Positions 51,339 through 62,269 are shown, counted from the stretch's first letter. The stretch is DNA of 64,000 nt from Syntrophales bacterium (GCA_963662405.2 CAXXKT010000001.1:288001-352000); one strand, 5' to 3'. Program-made: numbers and translations. Notes: generated from the sequence alone by a model not told the origin.

Positions 51339-51875
51339 CTACGGGTGGTTGATGAATCTCACGCCTTTAAAGATGTAATATAACCCGGAAACCACGGTAA
51401 AACAGGCAGTAGTCCAAAATGCCGTCGAAATCATTATGGTATTTTCATATTCCGGCAAGCATTTGAAGGCAAGCACGAGAAATACCGTCAGGATCTGGAG
51501 TAGTGTCGTCACCTTACTGACGTAAGTGGGTCGTATCTCGAAGGAAACGGACATCAGAAAGAGTACCGACACTCCAAACAAGATAATACAGTCCCGGCTG
51601 ATAACAACCACCGCAAGCCAACCGGGGATAATCTCAAGAATCGACAGGATAACAAACGACGATATGATCAGCGCCTTGTCCGCCAAGGGATCCAGATACG
51701 CGCCCAGATCAGTCTGCTGACTCAGGATACGTGCCAGGAACCCGTCGAGGCCATCCGTTACTCCTGCAATAATAAAGACTGCAAGGGCGTAAGAAAAGGA
51801 ACCTTGCATGACAAGAATAACAAAGATCGGGACCAATATGATACGAACAAGCGTCAGCATGTTGGGAATATTCAT
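51339..51875 (-). CDS. CDP-alcohol phosphatidyltransferase (PgsA-like)
   Basis: PNMLT..R and DGLDGFLAR...G.YLDPLADK motifs. Confidence 0.92.
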   Translation of the reverse strand: MNIPNMLTLVRIILVPIFVILVMQGSFSYALAVFIIAGVTDGLDGFLARILSQQTDLGAYLDPLADKALIISSFVILSILEIIPGWLAVVVISRDCIILFGVSVLFLMSVSFEIRPTYVSKVTTLLQILTVFLVLAFKCLPEYENTIMISTAFWTTACFTVVSGLYYIFKGVRFINHP

Positions 51876-51897
51876 ACTCTTCTATGATCTCAATTCC

Positions 51898-52575
51898 CTA
51901 CCAGAATTTCCAGAACTTCCTTTCAGGGGGTGGCTTCCTCGCGAAGTCAGGACCATCAGGAAGGCTGGAGAGGGTTTCACCAACAATCTGTCGAACAGCC
52001 GGTTCATACGCCTGGTACGCCTTCAGTTCCAATCTCTTTTTGGTAAAATCATAATGCCTGTCGACCACGCTCTCCTGCGAACTCCATAAGGTGATCCCTG
52101 TATCAGCATCTTTCAATTCGAGAGCGACGGCAACCGTTGTCGGCGCGTAAACACTGATAAACGAAGTTTTCCACTCGAGGAGACGAGGATACAGGATGGC
52201 ATCGACCCCCAGAGATTCCCCGATAACCGTCGGAGGAAGAGCATCCATGCCTTCACCGATCCTTTTACCACAATCGACAGTCAGTTTTTCGTCTATTATA
52301 TCGAGCGGTATTCGAGGATATCCCTTGAAATAAAGCGCATCAAGAATTGTTTTCCGCAGCAGCTTGGCTGCCTCTACATCGTTTGTCTTGTTCTCGACCG
52401 GTGCCAGGGCGACAAGACGGACCCCTCTCTGTTCATAATCGGGCACAATCGTATGAGTAACTCCGGGGGCACATCCCGATAAGCCGTAGGCCATAAGACA
52501 GAGCACGAAACCTGCCTTGAGATTATTTATCAAAACTGCTTTCTCCTTATTCCATATTGAATTCCAACGTATCAT
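51898..52575 (-). CDS. Lipoprotein (DUF799/GNA1162-like)
   Basis: LSGC lipobox; LGVDAILY...TGITLWS. Confidence 0.7.
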   Translation of the reverse strand: MIRWNSIWNKEKAVLINNLKAGFVLCLMAYGLSGCAPGVTHTIVPDYEQRGVRLVALAPVENKTNDVEAAKLLRKTILDALYFKGYPRIPLDIIDEKLTVDCGKRIGEGMDALPPTVIGESLGVDAILYPRLLEWKTSFISVYAPTTVAVALELKDADTGITLWSSQESVVDRHYDFTKKRLELKAYQAYEPAVRQIVGETLSSLPDGPDFARKPPPERKFWKFW

Positions 52576-53245
52576 GCGTCATACGAATCAGAGCGAGAGA
52601 AAAATCTCTGAATCCCGTCAGCTGGAGTTCCTTGGCAAGCACAGATGCATCTCCCTGCATCTCGATATCCAATTGGGCAACACCCGATCCTATCCTCGGC
52701 AGGGACACGGCATGTACTCCCCGGGTATCGTTTTCCAACACTTCCCTCAAAACCTTGAAATCACGACAGCGTTCTATACCCCGGACGGTAACACTAACAA
52801 TCGTTCTCGCAGACGACACCTGCCACCGCCCCGCGAAGATACCCAGGAATTCAAGGTCTCGCCGTATGTCCAACAGCGACAGGGTGGCGAGCATCCTGAT
52901 ACGGTAACGCCCGTTTTTTATGCCTTCCTGCAGGATCCGGTAATCACGGATATAATCCTGATGTTTCGAGTAGACAGCGACGTCGAGGATATCAACATTT
53001 TCCGACACAACCTCTTCGGGAATCAGCATCTCGACCACCTGTTCCACGGCCCCTCGCATCGAGTCACGTATCGCTTCCTCCCTCGCCGACAGCTCGTCTT
53101 TTCCGTACACGATACTGATACCCTCGGCCTCGATAACCCTGACAACCTCTTGGTTTGACTCTACATATCCCGGATACAGGAGAAAGAAACACAGGATCGC
53201 GGAAAAGATGTAACAACATACGTTTTTTACAAACATATCCCTCAT
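52547..53245 (-). CDS. FlgT N-terminal-like exported protein
   Basis: IEAEG...AREEAIRD..R.AVEQ. Confidence 0.6.
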   Translation of the reverse strand: MRDMFVKNVCCYIFSAILCFFLLYPGYVESNQEVVRVIEAEGISIVYGKDELSAREEAIRDSMRGAVEQVVEMLIPEEVVSENVDILDVAVYSKHQDYIRDYRILQEGIKNGRYRIRMLATLSLLDIRRDLEFLGIFAGRWQVSSARTIVSVTVRGIERCRDFKVLREVLENDTRGVHAVSLPRIGSGVAQLDIEMQGDASVLAKELQLTGFRDFSLALIRMTHDTLEFNME

Positions 53246-53262
53246 ATCACCAAGCCCGTCAC

Positions 53263-53550
53263 TTACCGACCCGGAGCTTTCTTCAGTTGCTCGACTTCTT
53301 CCCGTATGATCTTTTCAGCAATGGAGGGAAACATCTCCCTGGCGATCCTCTCCGCGATCTTTGTAACAATGCCTGCAATCTCATCTTCTAAGTTATCCGC
53401 CAACGGCACTGCCTCAATCTTTTCTTCTACAACATCAACAAGATCATAGATCTTGTAGTCCCCCGGTGCTGTCTCGTTTTTTTCTTCTACAACATCAAGG
53501 AGATCATAAATCTTCTGATCCTCCGGCACCGCACCCATATCCTCATCCAT
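53263..53550 (-). CDS. Acidic hypothetical protein
   Basis: Repeated KIYDL.DVVEEK; C-terminal AEKIIREEV. Confidence 0.7.
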   Translation of the reverse strand: MDEDMGAVPEDQKIYDLLDVVEEKNETAPGDYKIYDLVDVVEEKIEAVPLADNLEDEIAGIVTKIAERIAREMFPSIAEKIIREEVEQLKKAPGR

Positions 53551-53688
53551 ACAGCACCCCCGCTGTCTGATGTCACTGCGCCTTTTGTTTTAACAGGTTG
53601 AAAACCGGGCAAACACCGGCATATGCATTTGCACGCTACCACACAGGAACAAACACTTCAAGGATTTTACCCCGTGGCCTTCAGAGAT

Positions 53689-53720
53689 AAAAACGGCCGG
53701 GAGATCTGACTCCCGGCCGC
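53689..53720 (-). terminator. Intrinsic terminator
   Basis: cggccgggag/ctcccggccg stem with a T-run on the minus strand. Confidence 0.75.
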
Positions 53721-53793
53721 TTCATTCTTCCCGTTGAGAAGACACAGACCACCTGAGGAGCGTTCCCCGAGTCAGTGTTCCTCAACCATTCTG

Positions 53794-55092
53794 TTAATCT
53801 TCGTCATCGTAATAGTGCGGTTCAGCCCCCGCAGGAACTTCCGCCTCGATCGAACGGGTGATCCCCTTCGAAAGCAGGGCGGAAATCAGGAAGAGGATAA
53901 ATACCGCGATGACAAGTATCAGGATGATGGTCCTCATCCAGGCATGCGCTTCCTTCTCAATTGCCTGTGCGGTCGCTAATGCCGCTTCGTTAAACTTGTC
54001 GACATCCAAACCCATGCCGACCCAGCCGAACCCTGCAGGTTCAGGGTACGAAACCGACTTGAACGGTATCGGTGCATAGGCGACAAACTTGGTGTGACCG
54101 CCAAAGGTATACTTCCGGCTTCCCGCATGTCCCGCAGCCGCATCCTTCGCAACCTCCGGAAGAGCAGGATCCATATACCCCAGATGGAAGAGATTCAGGA
54201 CCTCTTCACCTTTCTTCTTCATATTTTCAGCTGTTTCTTCGGTGAGGGGCGAAACGGGGGTCCCGTCACGGTAGAGCCCCGCTATATGGAAATCATCGGG
54301 GTGTGAGATCATCATTCCCCGATTGTCAACCACATAAGCATACTCACCTGTCGATGAATCCGCCTCAAGCACGGAAACTGCCTGAGTTGGTATGATATTA
54401 TCCGTAAATTTAGCAAGTTGTCGTACATCAAGAGCAAGGGTTATAAGCCCTGTGAATCCCTGCTTATCAAACAGAGGCGTCGCGAATCGAACGATACCCT
54501 CAAACCGTTTTCCCTTTTCAAAGTCAGCCCGATTCACATACCAACCGGTGACAGGGGACACGTAGACATCGCCCTTGCCAAGATTCTTTGTCTGTGCAAA
54601 GTAATCTTCTGACTTATAGGTCGTATCTTCGGGATTACTGATATTGCCCAGCCCGGACGCCGGAGCGATTTCCCCGTCGACGATCTTGATAACCTCATTA
54701 CCCGCCTCGTCTATCAGGGCCATTTCGACATACAGAGGCTCGGAAGATTTTACAATCTCTCCGCCTTTTTTAATCCAGAGATCTTGTCTGTTCTTTTGCA
54801 CGAATTCTCTGTACGTCTCGGCATCCGCCGTTAGAATTGTCGCTATCAGTGTATCTTTCTCACACTCCCGCAGGAAAGACGCAACATTATCGGCTACGGC
54901 AACAGCGCGGTTCATGATCTCTTCTTGCGCCTTCTGGTCAAGGACAGCCGCCGCCCCTTTCTTTGACGTGTCCCCCAACTGAAAAATGCCGTTGGCTATC
55001 AGAAAAGACGTCAGCAATAAGGGGATTACGATAAGCAGAAAAAATACCCTTGATACGGTGAAAAACTGCTTACCCTTTGTAGTTTCTGACAT
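53794..55092 (-). CDS. Membrane protein with extracytoplasmic Cache-like domain
   Basis: Two TM segments; YVSPV, YAYVVD..G.MISHP and FVAYAPI motifs; no cytoplasmic output domain. Confidence 0.75.
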   Translation of the reverse strand: MSETTKGKQFFTVSRVFFLLIVIPLLLTSFLIANGIFQLGDTSKKGAAAVLDQKAQEEIMNRAVAVADNVASFLRECEKDTLIATILTADAETYREFVQKNRQDLWIKKGGEIVKSSEPLYVEMALIDEAGNEVIKIVDGEIAPASGLGNISNPEDTTYKSEDYFAQTKNLGKGDVYVSPVTGWYVNRADFEKGKRFEGIVRFATPLFDKQGFTGLITLALDVRQLAKFTDNIIPTQAVSVLEADSSTGEYAYVVDNRGMMISHPDDFHIAGLYRDGTPVSPLTEETAENMKKKGEEVLNLFHLGYMDPALPEVAKDAAAGHAGSRKYTFGGHTKFVAYAPIPFKSVSYPEPAGFGWVGMGLDVDKFNEAALATAQAIEKEAHAWMRTIILILVIAVFILFLISALLSKGITRSIEAEVPAGAEPHYYDDED

Positions 55093-55144
55093 TTCTATCT
55101 CCCCCTGACTTTTGTTAATTTTGAAGTTAGTTGCTCAGAGCCGA

Positions 55145-55522
55145 TTAACCCCAAAGGAAACTCGTGTAAGGGTTTGCATAGAGAAGAACAAGCGAAACGA
55201 CAAGGGCGTAAATAGCAATCGATTCCGCCATAGCCATACCAACCAGCATTGTCATCATGATCTTTCCCTGAACGCCGGGATTCCTTCCGACAGCGCTACA
55301 GGCCCCATTCGCGGCATTACCGATACCGGCACCCGCCCCGATCGCCCCGAGACCGATCGCCAGACCGGATCCCAGCATCGCGCCGACGGCAAAGATAACC
55401 TTTATCCAGGATCCTCCCTCATCCGGAAGAGCCTCAGCAGCAAACACCACCGGCGAAGACACCAACAGGGCCGCCGTTACCATCAGCAGAGCTGATAACC
55501 ATTTTACTGTCCTTCTTACCAT
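55145..55522 (-). CDS. atpE: ATP synthase F0 subunit c (N-terminal extension)
   Basis: GAIGAGAGIG, RNP and AMAESIAIYAL motifs. Confidence 0.95.
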   Translation of the reverse strand: MVRRTVKWLSALLMVTAALLVSSPVVFAAEALPDEGGSWIKVIFAVGAMLGSGLAIGLGAIGAGAGIGNAANGACSAVGRNPGVQGKIMMTMLVGMAMAESIAIYALVVSLVLLYANPYTSFLWG

Positions 55523-56011
55523 TTCTTTTTTCTCCTTTCCTCACTGATGCTTTTTATCTGTACGTACCGTACAAAAGTTTCTCAAGCATGACTGTTTTCG
55601 AAACCGCCCAAGCTGCTGCAACAGACATGCCACGCATCCCCCTATCCTCATGATTAATTCTAAGGCACCAACATTACAAACTATATAATATATACCCTCA
55701 TGCGGTACCGGCCGGCCTCCCACCTCTTTCCGTTTAACATTTCATTCAACCAACCAAGTGGATTGAACAAAAGATGAAACGCTCACGGGGGACATGCCGA
55801 TCCACCAACACCCACTTATTATCTTTCTTCTAGCGTTCCATGCGAGTAAAGTCAATACACAACAGATATAAACGGGTATTTGCCGATCTCGCACCCCTTC
55901 ATTTTTCATGATTTTTATTGAAAATTGGCTTTCAGGACTGTAGTATCGAAGTGCTGTAGCGTCGTGTGGACCTGTTTACAATTTGCTCCGACTACCACAG
56001 GGGGGAAAACG

Positions 56012-56206
56012 ATGCAGGAGATACTGACCGTGATAACCTATCTGGTTGTCTGGTTGATCTGCAAAGAAGTGCTCGGCATTCAGAGTGGGCTTGTCACCCT
56101 TATTATTTCTCTCGGCGCAGCTGTAGGCATTTACATACTGTCTGCGGTCAAAGGGGGGGGGGACAAAAAAAATCTACCAGACGATAATGGACACCATGGA
56201 GACTGA
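56012..56206 (+). CDS. Small membrane protein
   Basis: SD, two hydrophobic segments; overlaps the kinase start. Confidence 0.6.
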   Translation: MQEILTVITYLVVWLICKEVLGIQSGLVTLIISLGAAVGIYILSAVKGGGDKKNLPDDNGHHGD

Positions 56207-58925
56207 CAAAGGCCCCAGATCGTTTCAGACTACACCAAAAATCCCCATATGGCTGACCACGGTAGCCGTTATTGTATTTATTCTTCTCTTGGCACTCACC
56301 GTCAATCAAGCCCGTGAAAAGGATATCGTCGAACAGTTCAGCCGTCAGCAGATGGCGATCGCCAGAGGAAGGGCGACGGGGATAGAGGATTTCATTTCAG
56401 GCATTGAAAAGAGTTTGATCCTTATTTCCCGGCTGCCGTACGTCAGGGGAACAACACCGGAAGCCACCGGGCAGGGCATTAAGATTATCTATAAAGACCT
56501 CGGGAAGATGGATTTTATAGAAATGCCGTACATCAAAGGGACCATGGATGAGGTGGTCACGCAGAGCATCAAGGTCGTCTACGACGACCTCGCCGGGAAG
56601 GTGGATTTCATAGCATTAGAAGATCTCAACGGGGTGATCGGCGTCGGATACCCCCCTCCCATCCTTGACCGGATACGGGGGAAAGGCCTCGCATCCCGGC
56701 CATATTTTCCGGAAATACAAAAAACGGGTAAGCCCTATATCGGTGCCATTCCACTGTTGGCAGCCAAAAAGACGGCCGGGACAAACGGTGACAGGCCTCA
56801 TTCGGTCATCGTTGCCGTCCCTACCTATGATTCGAGAAACAGTTTTTCCGGCACGGTAATTGCCATCCTCTCTTTATCCACCATCATCGATCGCTATATC
56901 CTGTCCCGGAATGAAACATCATGCTGTTCATGGGTTATGGATAGTAACGGCATCATCCTTGCGCACCCCGACCCGGCCCTCACCGGGCAAAGTGTGGCGG
57001 TTATGGAAACCACAATTGAAACGGGAGGATCACTGAAAGCCATCTTCGAGGAGAAAAAGGCGGGATACGGGGAATATTGGCTCACCGGAAACGGGGGGAA
57101 ACCGGAAAAGTTCATTATAGCTTACGCCCCGGTTGAGCTGAATACCAGATATTGGATGGTTGCGGTCACCGCCCCGTATAATGAAATCGTGCTCCTGGCT
57201 CGGAAGGGCTTTTCGAATATCATGCTGGGCGCCTTGGGGCTCATCATCGTTGTGATCGTTTCGGGCATGGTAATCGCTGTTACCAATACGCGGCGCTTGC
57301 GCCTCAAGGAGGAATTGAAGCGGCTGAAGGAACGAGAGGAATGGCAGGAAAAGCTGCTCATTGAACACAGGAAAACGGAGGGGGTAATCGAAGGGTCACC
57401 GATACCCACCTTCGTGCTGAACAGAGAACACCGTGTCATTCTTTGGAACAAGGCGTGTGCGGAACTGACAGGCATTGATGCCAAAGATATGATCGGTACG
57501 GATCGCCACTCCTTCCCGCTTTACAAGAGCAAGAGGCCCACGATTGCAGATGTTATTATCGACACCGATATGGATGCCCTCAAAAAATACTATGAGACCA
57601 AAGATGTTCGGGAGTCGAAAACGGTCAAGGGGGCCTATGAGGCAACGGACTTTTTCCGTGATGTCGGAGGTAAGCCCCGGCACCTGTATTTTCTGGCATC
57701 GCCGATATACGATGAATGGGGAGAGGTCATCGCGGCTATCGAGACCATACAGGACACAACCCATCAGAAAGAAATGGATATCAAGCTGGAAGAATACGCT
57801 GAAAGCCTCCAGGACGAGTTGGCCGAGAATATCGATCTCCGGCAAAAAGTAGAAAAACTATTCAACTACCTCCAATCCATCATCGACAGTCTTCCCGACA
57901 AGATATTCGATCTCAGCAAAGACGGGGTCATCAATTATGTGAGCCATGACGTCAAGCATGATGGGGGTATCGGTATCATCTCCAAGAAATTCGGGGGAAA
58001 GCATTTCGCCGACTTTGTCGACGAGGAAAACAGACAGTTTGTCCTCGATATATGGGAATATGCCAAAAAGGGCATCTACAATCCTTATGAGATGACGGTA
58101 ACTGCTCGGGACGGATCGAGGCGAAATCTGCTGATAAGGCCCTATCCGGTCACGGGAACCGATCGATTGATCCTCGTTCAGAGAGATATTACGGAGTTCA
58201 AGGCCTTGGAGAAGAAATTCTACGAGAGCCAAAAGCTTGCCGCCATCGGCCAGCTGTCGGCCGGGATCGCCCATGAGGTACGAAATCCCCTCTCCTCGAT
58301 CAAGATGAGCCTCCAGATACTCGAAAAACGGATGCTCCCGGCAGGGAATGACCTGAAACGCTTTGAAATTGCACGGAGAGAGGTCGAGCACCTGGAAAAA
58401 CTCGTCAACGACATCTTGATCTATGCGAAACCGTCCGATCCCGTCAAGAAACGATCCGACCTCCGGCAGATTATTGATCACGCCCTTGCACTGACCGAGA
58501 AATCCCTGGAGGACAAGCACATCCACGTGGAGACCTTCTTTGCACACGACCTTTCCCCCCTGGATGTCGATCCGGCGATGCTGGAACAGGCCTTCATCAA
58601 CATTTATCACAACGCCATCGACGCGATGGAGGAACGCGGAACGCTCGCGATATCCGCTCGACAGGAGAACAGCCAAATCAGGGTGGAGATCAGGGATGAC
58701 GGGTGCGGAATCTCAACGGAAGATCTTCCCTATATCTTCAATCCCTTCTTCACGAAAAAGAGTTCCGGCACCGGGCTGGGACTTGCTCAGATCAAAAAGA
58801 TCATCGACCAGCATCAGGGTACGGTAGAGATATCGAGTGAAGAGGCGAAGGGAACCAGCGTCATTATCACCTTATCGGCGCAAACAGGCGAGGAAGAACA
58901 ACAGGCACCCACCAGGATTTCTTGA
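56187..58925 (+). CDS. Sensor histidine kinase (Cache-PAS-PAS-HisKA-HATPase)
   Basis: AHEVRNPL, NAIDAM, DDGCG, PFFTKK and GTGLGL motifs. Confidence 0.95.
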   Translation: MDTMETDKGPRSFQTTPKIPIWLTTVAVIVFILLLALTVNQAREKDIVEQFSRQQMAIARGRATGIEDFISGIEKSLILISRLPYVRGTTPEATGQGIKIIYKDLGKMDFIEMPYIKGTMDEVVTQSIKVVYDDLAGKVDFIALEDLNGVIGVGYPPPILDRIRGKGLASRPYFPEIQKTGKPYIGAIPLLAAKKTAGTNGDRPHSVIVAVPTYDSRNSFSGTVIAILSLSTIIDRYILSRNETSCCSWVMDSNGIILAHPDPALTGQSVAVMETTIETGGSLKAIFEEKKAGYGEYWLTGNGGKPEKFIIAYAPVELNTRYWMVAVTAPYNEIVLLARKGFSNIMLGALGLIIVVIVSGMVIAVTNTRRLRLKEELKRLKEREEWQEKLLIEHRKTEGVIEGSPIPTFVLNREHRVILWNKACAELTGIDAKDMIGTDRHSFPLYKSKRPTIADVIIDTDMDALKKYYETKDVRESKTVKGAYEATDFFRDVGGKPRHLYFLASPIYDEWGEVIAAIETIQDTTHQKEMDIKLEEYAESLQDELAENIDLRQKVEKLFNYLQSIIDSLPDKIFDLSKDGVINYVSHDVKHDGGIGIISKKFGGKHFADFVDEENRQFVLDIWEYAKKGIYNPYEMTVTARDGSRRNLLIRPYPVTGTDRLILVQRDITEFKALEKKFYESQKLAAIGQLSAGIAHEVRNPLSSIKMSLQILEKRMLPAGNDLKRFEIARREVEHLEKLVNDILIYAKPSDPVKKRSDLRQIIDHALALTEKSLEDKHIHVETFFAHDLSPLDVDPAMLEQAFINIYHNAIDAMEERGTLAISARQENSQIRVEIRDDGCGISTEDLPYIFNPFFTKKSSGTGLGLAQIKKIIDQHQGTVEISSEEAKGTSVIITLSAQTGEEEQQAPTRIS

Positions 58926-58991
58926 TACGTCTGTGGCAATTGGGGAATCGATCCGCACGGGGCTTCCAACAGAGGGGGAAATACACACGCT

Positions 58992-60362
58992 ATGGCGAAA
59001 ATTCTTGTCATTGATGACGATAAATCGATCCGTGAAAGTCTTGAACTCTATCTGGAAGAAGAGGGGTATAACGTGCACACGGCTCCCACCGGGACGGAAG
59101 GCCTGAATCAATTTGTGAGAGCACTGCCGGATGTGGTGATCCTCGATATCCGACTCCCCGACATAGACGGCTTCACCGTTCTCGAGGACCTGCGCGAAGA
59201 GGATGAGAAGATCAAGGTGATTATGATTACCGCCCACCATGATATGGAAACTACCATCAAGGCGATGAAGGGGGGTGCCTTCGACTATATTCACAAACCC
59301 ATCAACGTCGATGAACTGGACATCGCCATCAAGAAGGCGCTGGGCTCGATTGAGATGGAAAAGAAGATCAGCGGACTTCTCATGGAACACCACCGCGATT
59401 TCAAGGTGGGCGATATTATCGGGACAGGTAACAAGATGAAAGAGGTATTCAAGACCATCGGGGTTGTCTCACAGAGCCAAACAACCGTCCTGATACAGGG
59501 AGAAAGCGGCACCGGAAAGGAACTCATCGCCAAGTGTATCCACTACAACACCTCACGGGACGAGCCCTACATAGCCATTAACTGCTCAGCTATCGTGGAG
59601 ACCCTCCTGGAATCTGAGCTGTTCGGTCACGAAAAAGGCTCCTTCACGGGTGCGATAGCGAGGAAACAGGGAAAATTCGAGCTTGCCCGATACGGCACGG
59701 TGTTCCTGGACGAGATCAGCGAGATGTCCGTGAACCTCCAGGCCAAACTTCTCCGCGTCCTTCAGGAAATGGAGTTCGAGAGGGTCGGAGGGAAAGACCG
59801 GGTCAAGGTGAATGCGCGGATCATAACCGCAACCAATAAAAATCTCAAACAGATGGTCCAGGAGGGGACATTCAGAGACGACCTCTTCTACCGCCTGAAC
59901 ATCGTATCAATCCAACTCCCCCCCCTCAGGGAGCGGCAGGAGGACATTCCACTCCTCGTTGAATACCTGATCAGCAAGGCAAATAGAGAACTCCACAAAC
60001 AGGTCATCGGTGTTTCGGATGAGATGATGGAGATCTTCGACCGATACAGCTGGCCGGGGAATATCAGAGAGCTGGAAAACATCCTGGTCCGCGCTGTCGT
60101 TGTCGCAAAGGGGCAGGTCCTCGGCAGGGAGGACTTCCCGGATTTGATGGAAGAGAAAAATGCCAAGAAAACGTCCGATACGATCGACGATGATGAACCG
60201 GGGAAGATCCTGACCCTCGATGAGGTCGAGGAGCGGCACATACGGAAGGTCATCCGGGGAACCAACAAAAACAAGGGGGAGATCTGTGAAATCCTGGGGA
60301 TATCCCGTCCCACTTTTGAACGAAAACTGGAAAAATACGATATTATCTTCGAAAGAGAATAA
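58992..60362 (+). CDS. Sigma-54-dependent response regulator (NtrC family)
   Basis: Receiver domain; GESGTGKE, ESELFGHEKGSFTGA, WPGNIREL; C-terminal HTH. Confidence 0.95.
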   Translation: MAKILVIDDDKSIRESLELYLEEEGYNVHTAPTGTEGLNQFVRALPDVVILDIRLPDIDGFTVLEDLREEDEKIKVIMITAHHDMETTIKAMKGGAFDYIHKPINVDELDIAIKKALGSIEMEKKISGLLMEHHRDFKVGDIIGTGNKMKEVFKTIGVVSQSQTTVLIQGESGTGKELIAKCIHYNTSRDEPYIAINCSAIVETLLESELFGHEKGSFTGAIARKQGKFELARYGTVFLDEISEMSVNLQAKLLRVLQEMEFERVGGKDRVKVNARIITATNKNLKQMVQEGTFRDDLFYRLNIVSIQLPPLRERQEDIPLLVEYLISKANRELHKQVIGVSDEMMEIFDRYSWPGNIRELENILVRAVVVAKGQVLGREDFPDLMEEKNAKKTSDTIDDDEPGKILTLDEVEERHIRKVIRGTNKNKGEICEILGISRPTFERKLEKYDIIFERE

Positions 60363-60406
60363 GGACGATCACGCAGCAACCCTCATCGGTAACCCCAACT
60401 ACACGC

Positions 60407-60437
60407 AAAAGGCCCTGACGGATCTGTCAGGGCCTTT
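60407..60437. terminator. Bidirectional terminator
   Basis: aaaggccctgacg-gat-ctgtcagggccttt between convergent genes. Confidence 0.8.
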
Positions 60438-60471
60438 CCATTCGGCATAGATAATTCTCTTTGGCTCTGGA

Positions 60472-61125
60472 CTAGTGCGATTCCTCCATCGCCAGCTGTA
60501 TGTAAATCATCGACAGCATGACAAAGACCAGGGTCTGGATGATCGAGGTAAAAATCATCAGCACGAAGATCGGCAGGGGAACGAGAAAGGGAACCAAGAG
60601 CAGAACGATTGCCAGGACCAAGTCCTCGCCCATGATATTCCCGAAGAGACGCACGGAGAGAGAAATCGGACGCGCGAGGTGACTGACAAGCTCAATGGGG
60701 AGCATAATGGGGGTCATCCACCAGACGGGGCCCATGAACTGCTTGACATATTTGAAACCGTGCAGCCAGATTCCCACGATGTGGGTCAAGACAAAAACCA
60801 CCAAGGCCATGGATACGGTGGTATTGAGATTGGCTGTGGGTGACTCGAATCCGGGGATAAGACCGAGCAGGTTGGCCGTGAGAATAAAGATGGCAATAGT
60901 CGCGATCAAAGGGAAAAACTTGAGACCGGCCGACCCCATGGCATCAAGCATCAGGTCCTTGACACCCCCCAAGACCACCTCGAAGACATGCTGTAATTTT
61001 CCGGGATATATACTGAGCTTCCGTGTCGCAAGGAAAGCAAGAACAGCCAAAATTACCATGATGAGCCACGTGTACGTGACGTGAGCCGGAAGCGGAATCT
61101 TCTCAAGAAATAAAAAGGGATGCAT
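60472..61125 (-). CDS. atpB: ATP synthase F0 subunit a
   Basis: [25 protein letters not shown] and IQTLVF motifs. Confidence 0.96.
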   Translation of the reverse strand: MHPFLFLEKIPLPAHVTYTWLIMVILAVLAFLATRKLSIYPGKLQHVFEVVLGGVKDLMLDAMGSAGLKFFPLIATIAIFILTANLLGLIPGFESPTANLNTTVSMALVVFVLTHIVGIWLHGFKYVKQFMGPVWWMTPIMLPIELVSHLARPISLSVRLFGNIMGEDLVLAIVLLLVPFLVPLPIFVLMIFTSIIQTLVFVMLSMIYIQLAMEESH

Positions 61126-61522
61126 TGTTCTTTTTAAACCTCCTCAATGGGTTTTTCACATTGGCGCCAACAACCGTAATGACGACACTGATCACGACTA
61201 CAGAAAGTCCGAGTACAAGGCCAAAGACGTCAACCGGTACCTGGGTTATGACAACAAACAGCACAACACCCGTAATGATAAGCCGCAGATAATATTTCAT
61301 CACCATAAAGGGTTTCGCCCGCTCGGCGTGTTTTAGCAAAGAACTCCTCAAGTCTCTGGCAAGCCAGTAAAAATTGACAATACTGATAATGCCTCCGATA
61401 CATACCCCTCCGGCAAATCTGACCGACAGGAAGAGAATGCTGAGGGCAGCGAGTACTCCGAGCGTCACCCAGTTTCCTATTTCAACCTTTCGCTGCAGGA
61501 TCGTTTTTTTTATATCCGTCAC
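61103..61522 (-). CDS. atpI: ATP synthase protein I
   Basis: Four TM segments, upstream of atpB. Confidence 0.8.
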   Translation of the reverse strand: MTDIKKTILQRKVEIGNWVTLGVLAALSILFLSVRFAGGVCIGGIISIVNFYWLARDLRSSLLKHAERAKPFMVMKYYLRLIITGVVLFVVITQVPVDVFGLVLGLSVVVISVVITVVGANVKNPLRRFKKNNASLFIS

Positions 61523-61772
61523 CAGTTTTGCCCTTTACGGGACGAGGCTCCTCATCGGGGAAGGTGCTTTTGATAAAGAGATAAAAATTCCTGAAACCGG
61601 CGGCAACACCTACCACCAAAAGCAGGGGAGTAAAGATGTTGCTGGTTCCCACCTTTTTGTCAAGGTAAACCCCGAGCATGAGGCAGCCAAAGATAGCGAT
61701 CACCATGGCAAGGCCGAGGCTCGCCGCATATCCCATCTGAAAGAACACTCTCTTCTTGTTGGCATCATGCAT
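61482..61772 (-). CDS. AtpZ/AtpI family protein
   Basis: G..LD...G...GVAAGFRN motif. Confidence 0.8.
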   Translation of the reverse strand: MHDANKKRVFFQMGYAASLGLAMVIAIFGCLMLGVYLDKKVGTSNIFTPLLLVVGVAAGFRNFYLFIKSTFPDEEPRPVKGKTGDGYKKNDPAAKG

Positions 61773-61822
61773 CGCCGGACCGCCTATAGCATACTGGTTA
61801 TGTGAAGTCAATAGGGGAAAAC

Positions 61823-62269
61823 CTACACACCGAACCGCGCATCGACTTTAAACCTTCGTTTGACCGGCATACTGACGATATCGGTTATCCCCGTCTCTTC
61901 CGAGATACAAGAGATCGCCTTCTGAATTTCTTCTCCGGTTGACCCGATGAAGGTAAACCAGATGTTATAACCATGGTCCCTCAGATAATGATGGGTAACT
62001 CCTTTGTACGCATTGACGATCGCCACAAATCTCTCCAATTGTCTTTCAGGAACTCTCGCGGCACAGAGCGTACTCACAAAACCGAGCTTGGCCGTATCAA
62101 AAACGCCCCCGATCCTGCGGATAACCCCCCGCTCCTTGAGCGCCCTGATTCGCTCCAAGACAAGATCCTCTTCGACCGATAGCCGTTCAGCCAAGAGGCT
62201 GAACGGTTCAACGTCAAGGGGAAACTCGTGCTGCAGCATATTGAGGATGTCTCTGTCTATCGTATCCAT
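61823..62269 (-). CDS. Siroheme decarboxylase subunit (AhbA/NirD-like, Lrp/AsnC fold)
   Basis: LQHEFPL..EPF, IRRIGGVFD and VTHHYLR...YNIWFT motifs. Confidence 0.8.
   Translation of the reverse strand: MDTIDRDILNMLQHEFPLDVEPFSLLAERLSVEEDLVLERIRALKERGVIRRIGGVFDTAKLGFVSTLCAARVPERQLERFVAIVNAYKGVTHHYLRDHGYNIWFTFIGSTGEEIQKAISCISEETGITDIVSMPVKRRFKVDARFGV

Noticed and set aside
55145..55522. Na+-specific c-ring
   Set aside because: ES..Y is present, but the Gln of the Na+ signature is Ile; ion specificity cannot be called.
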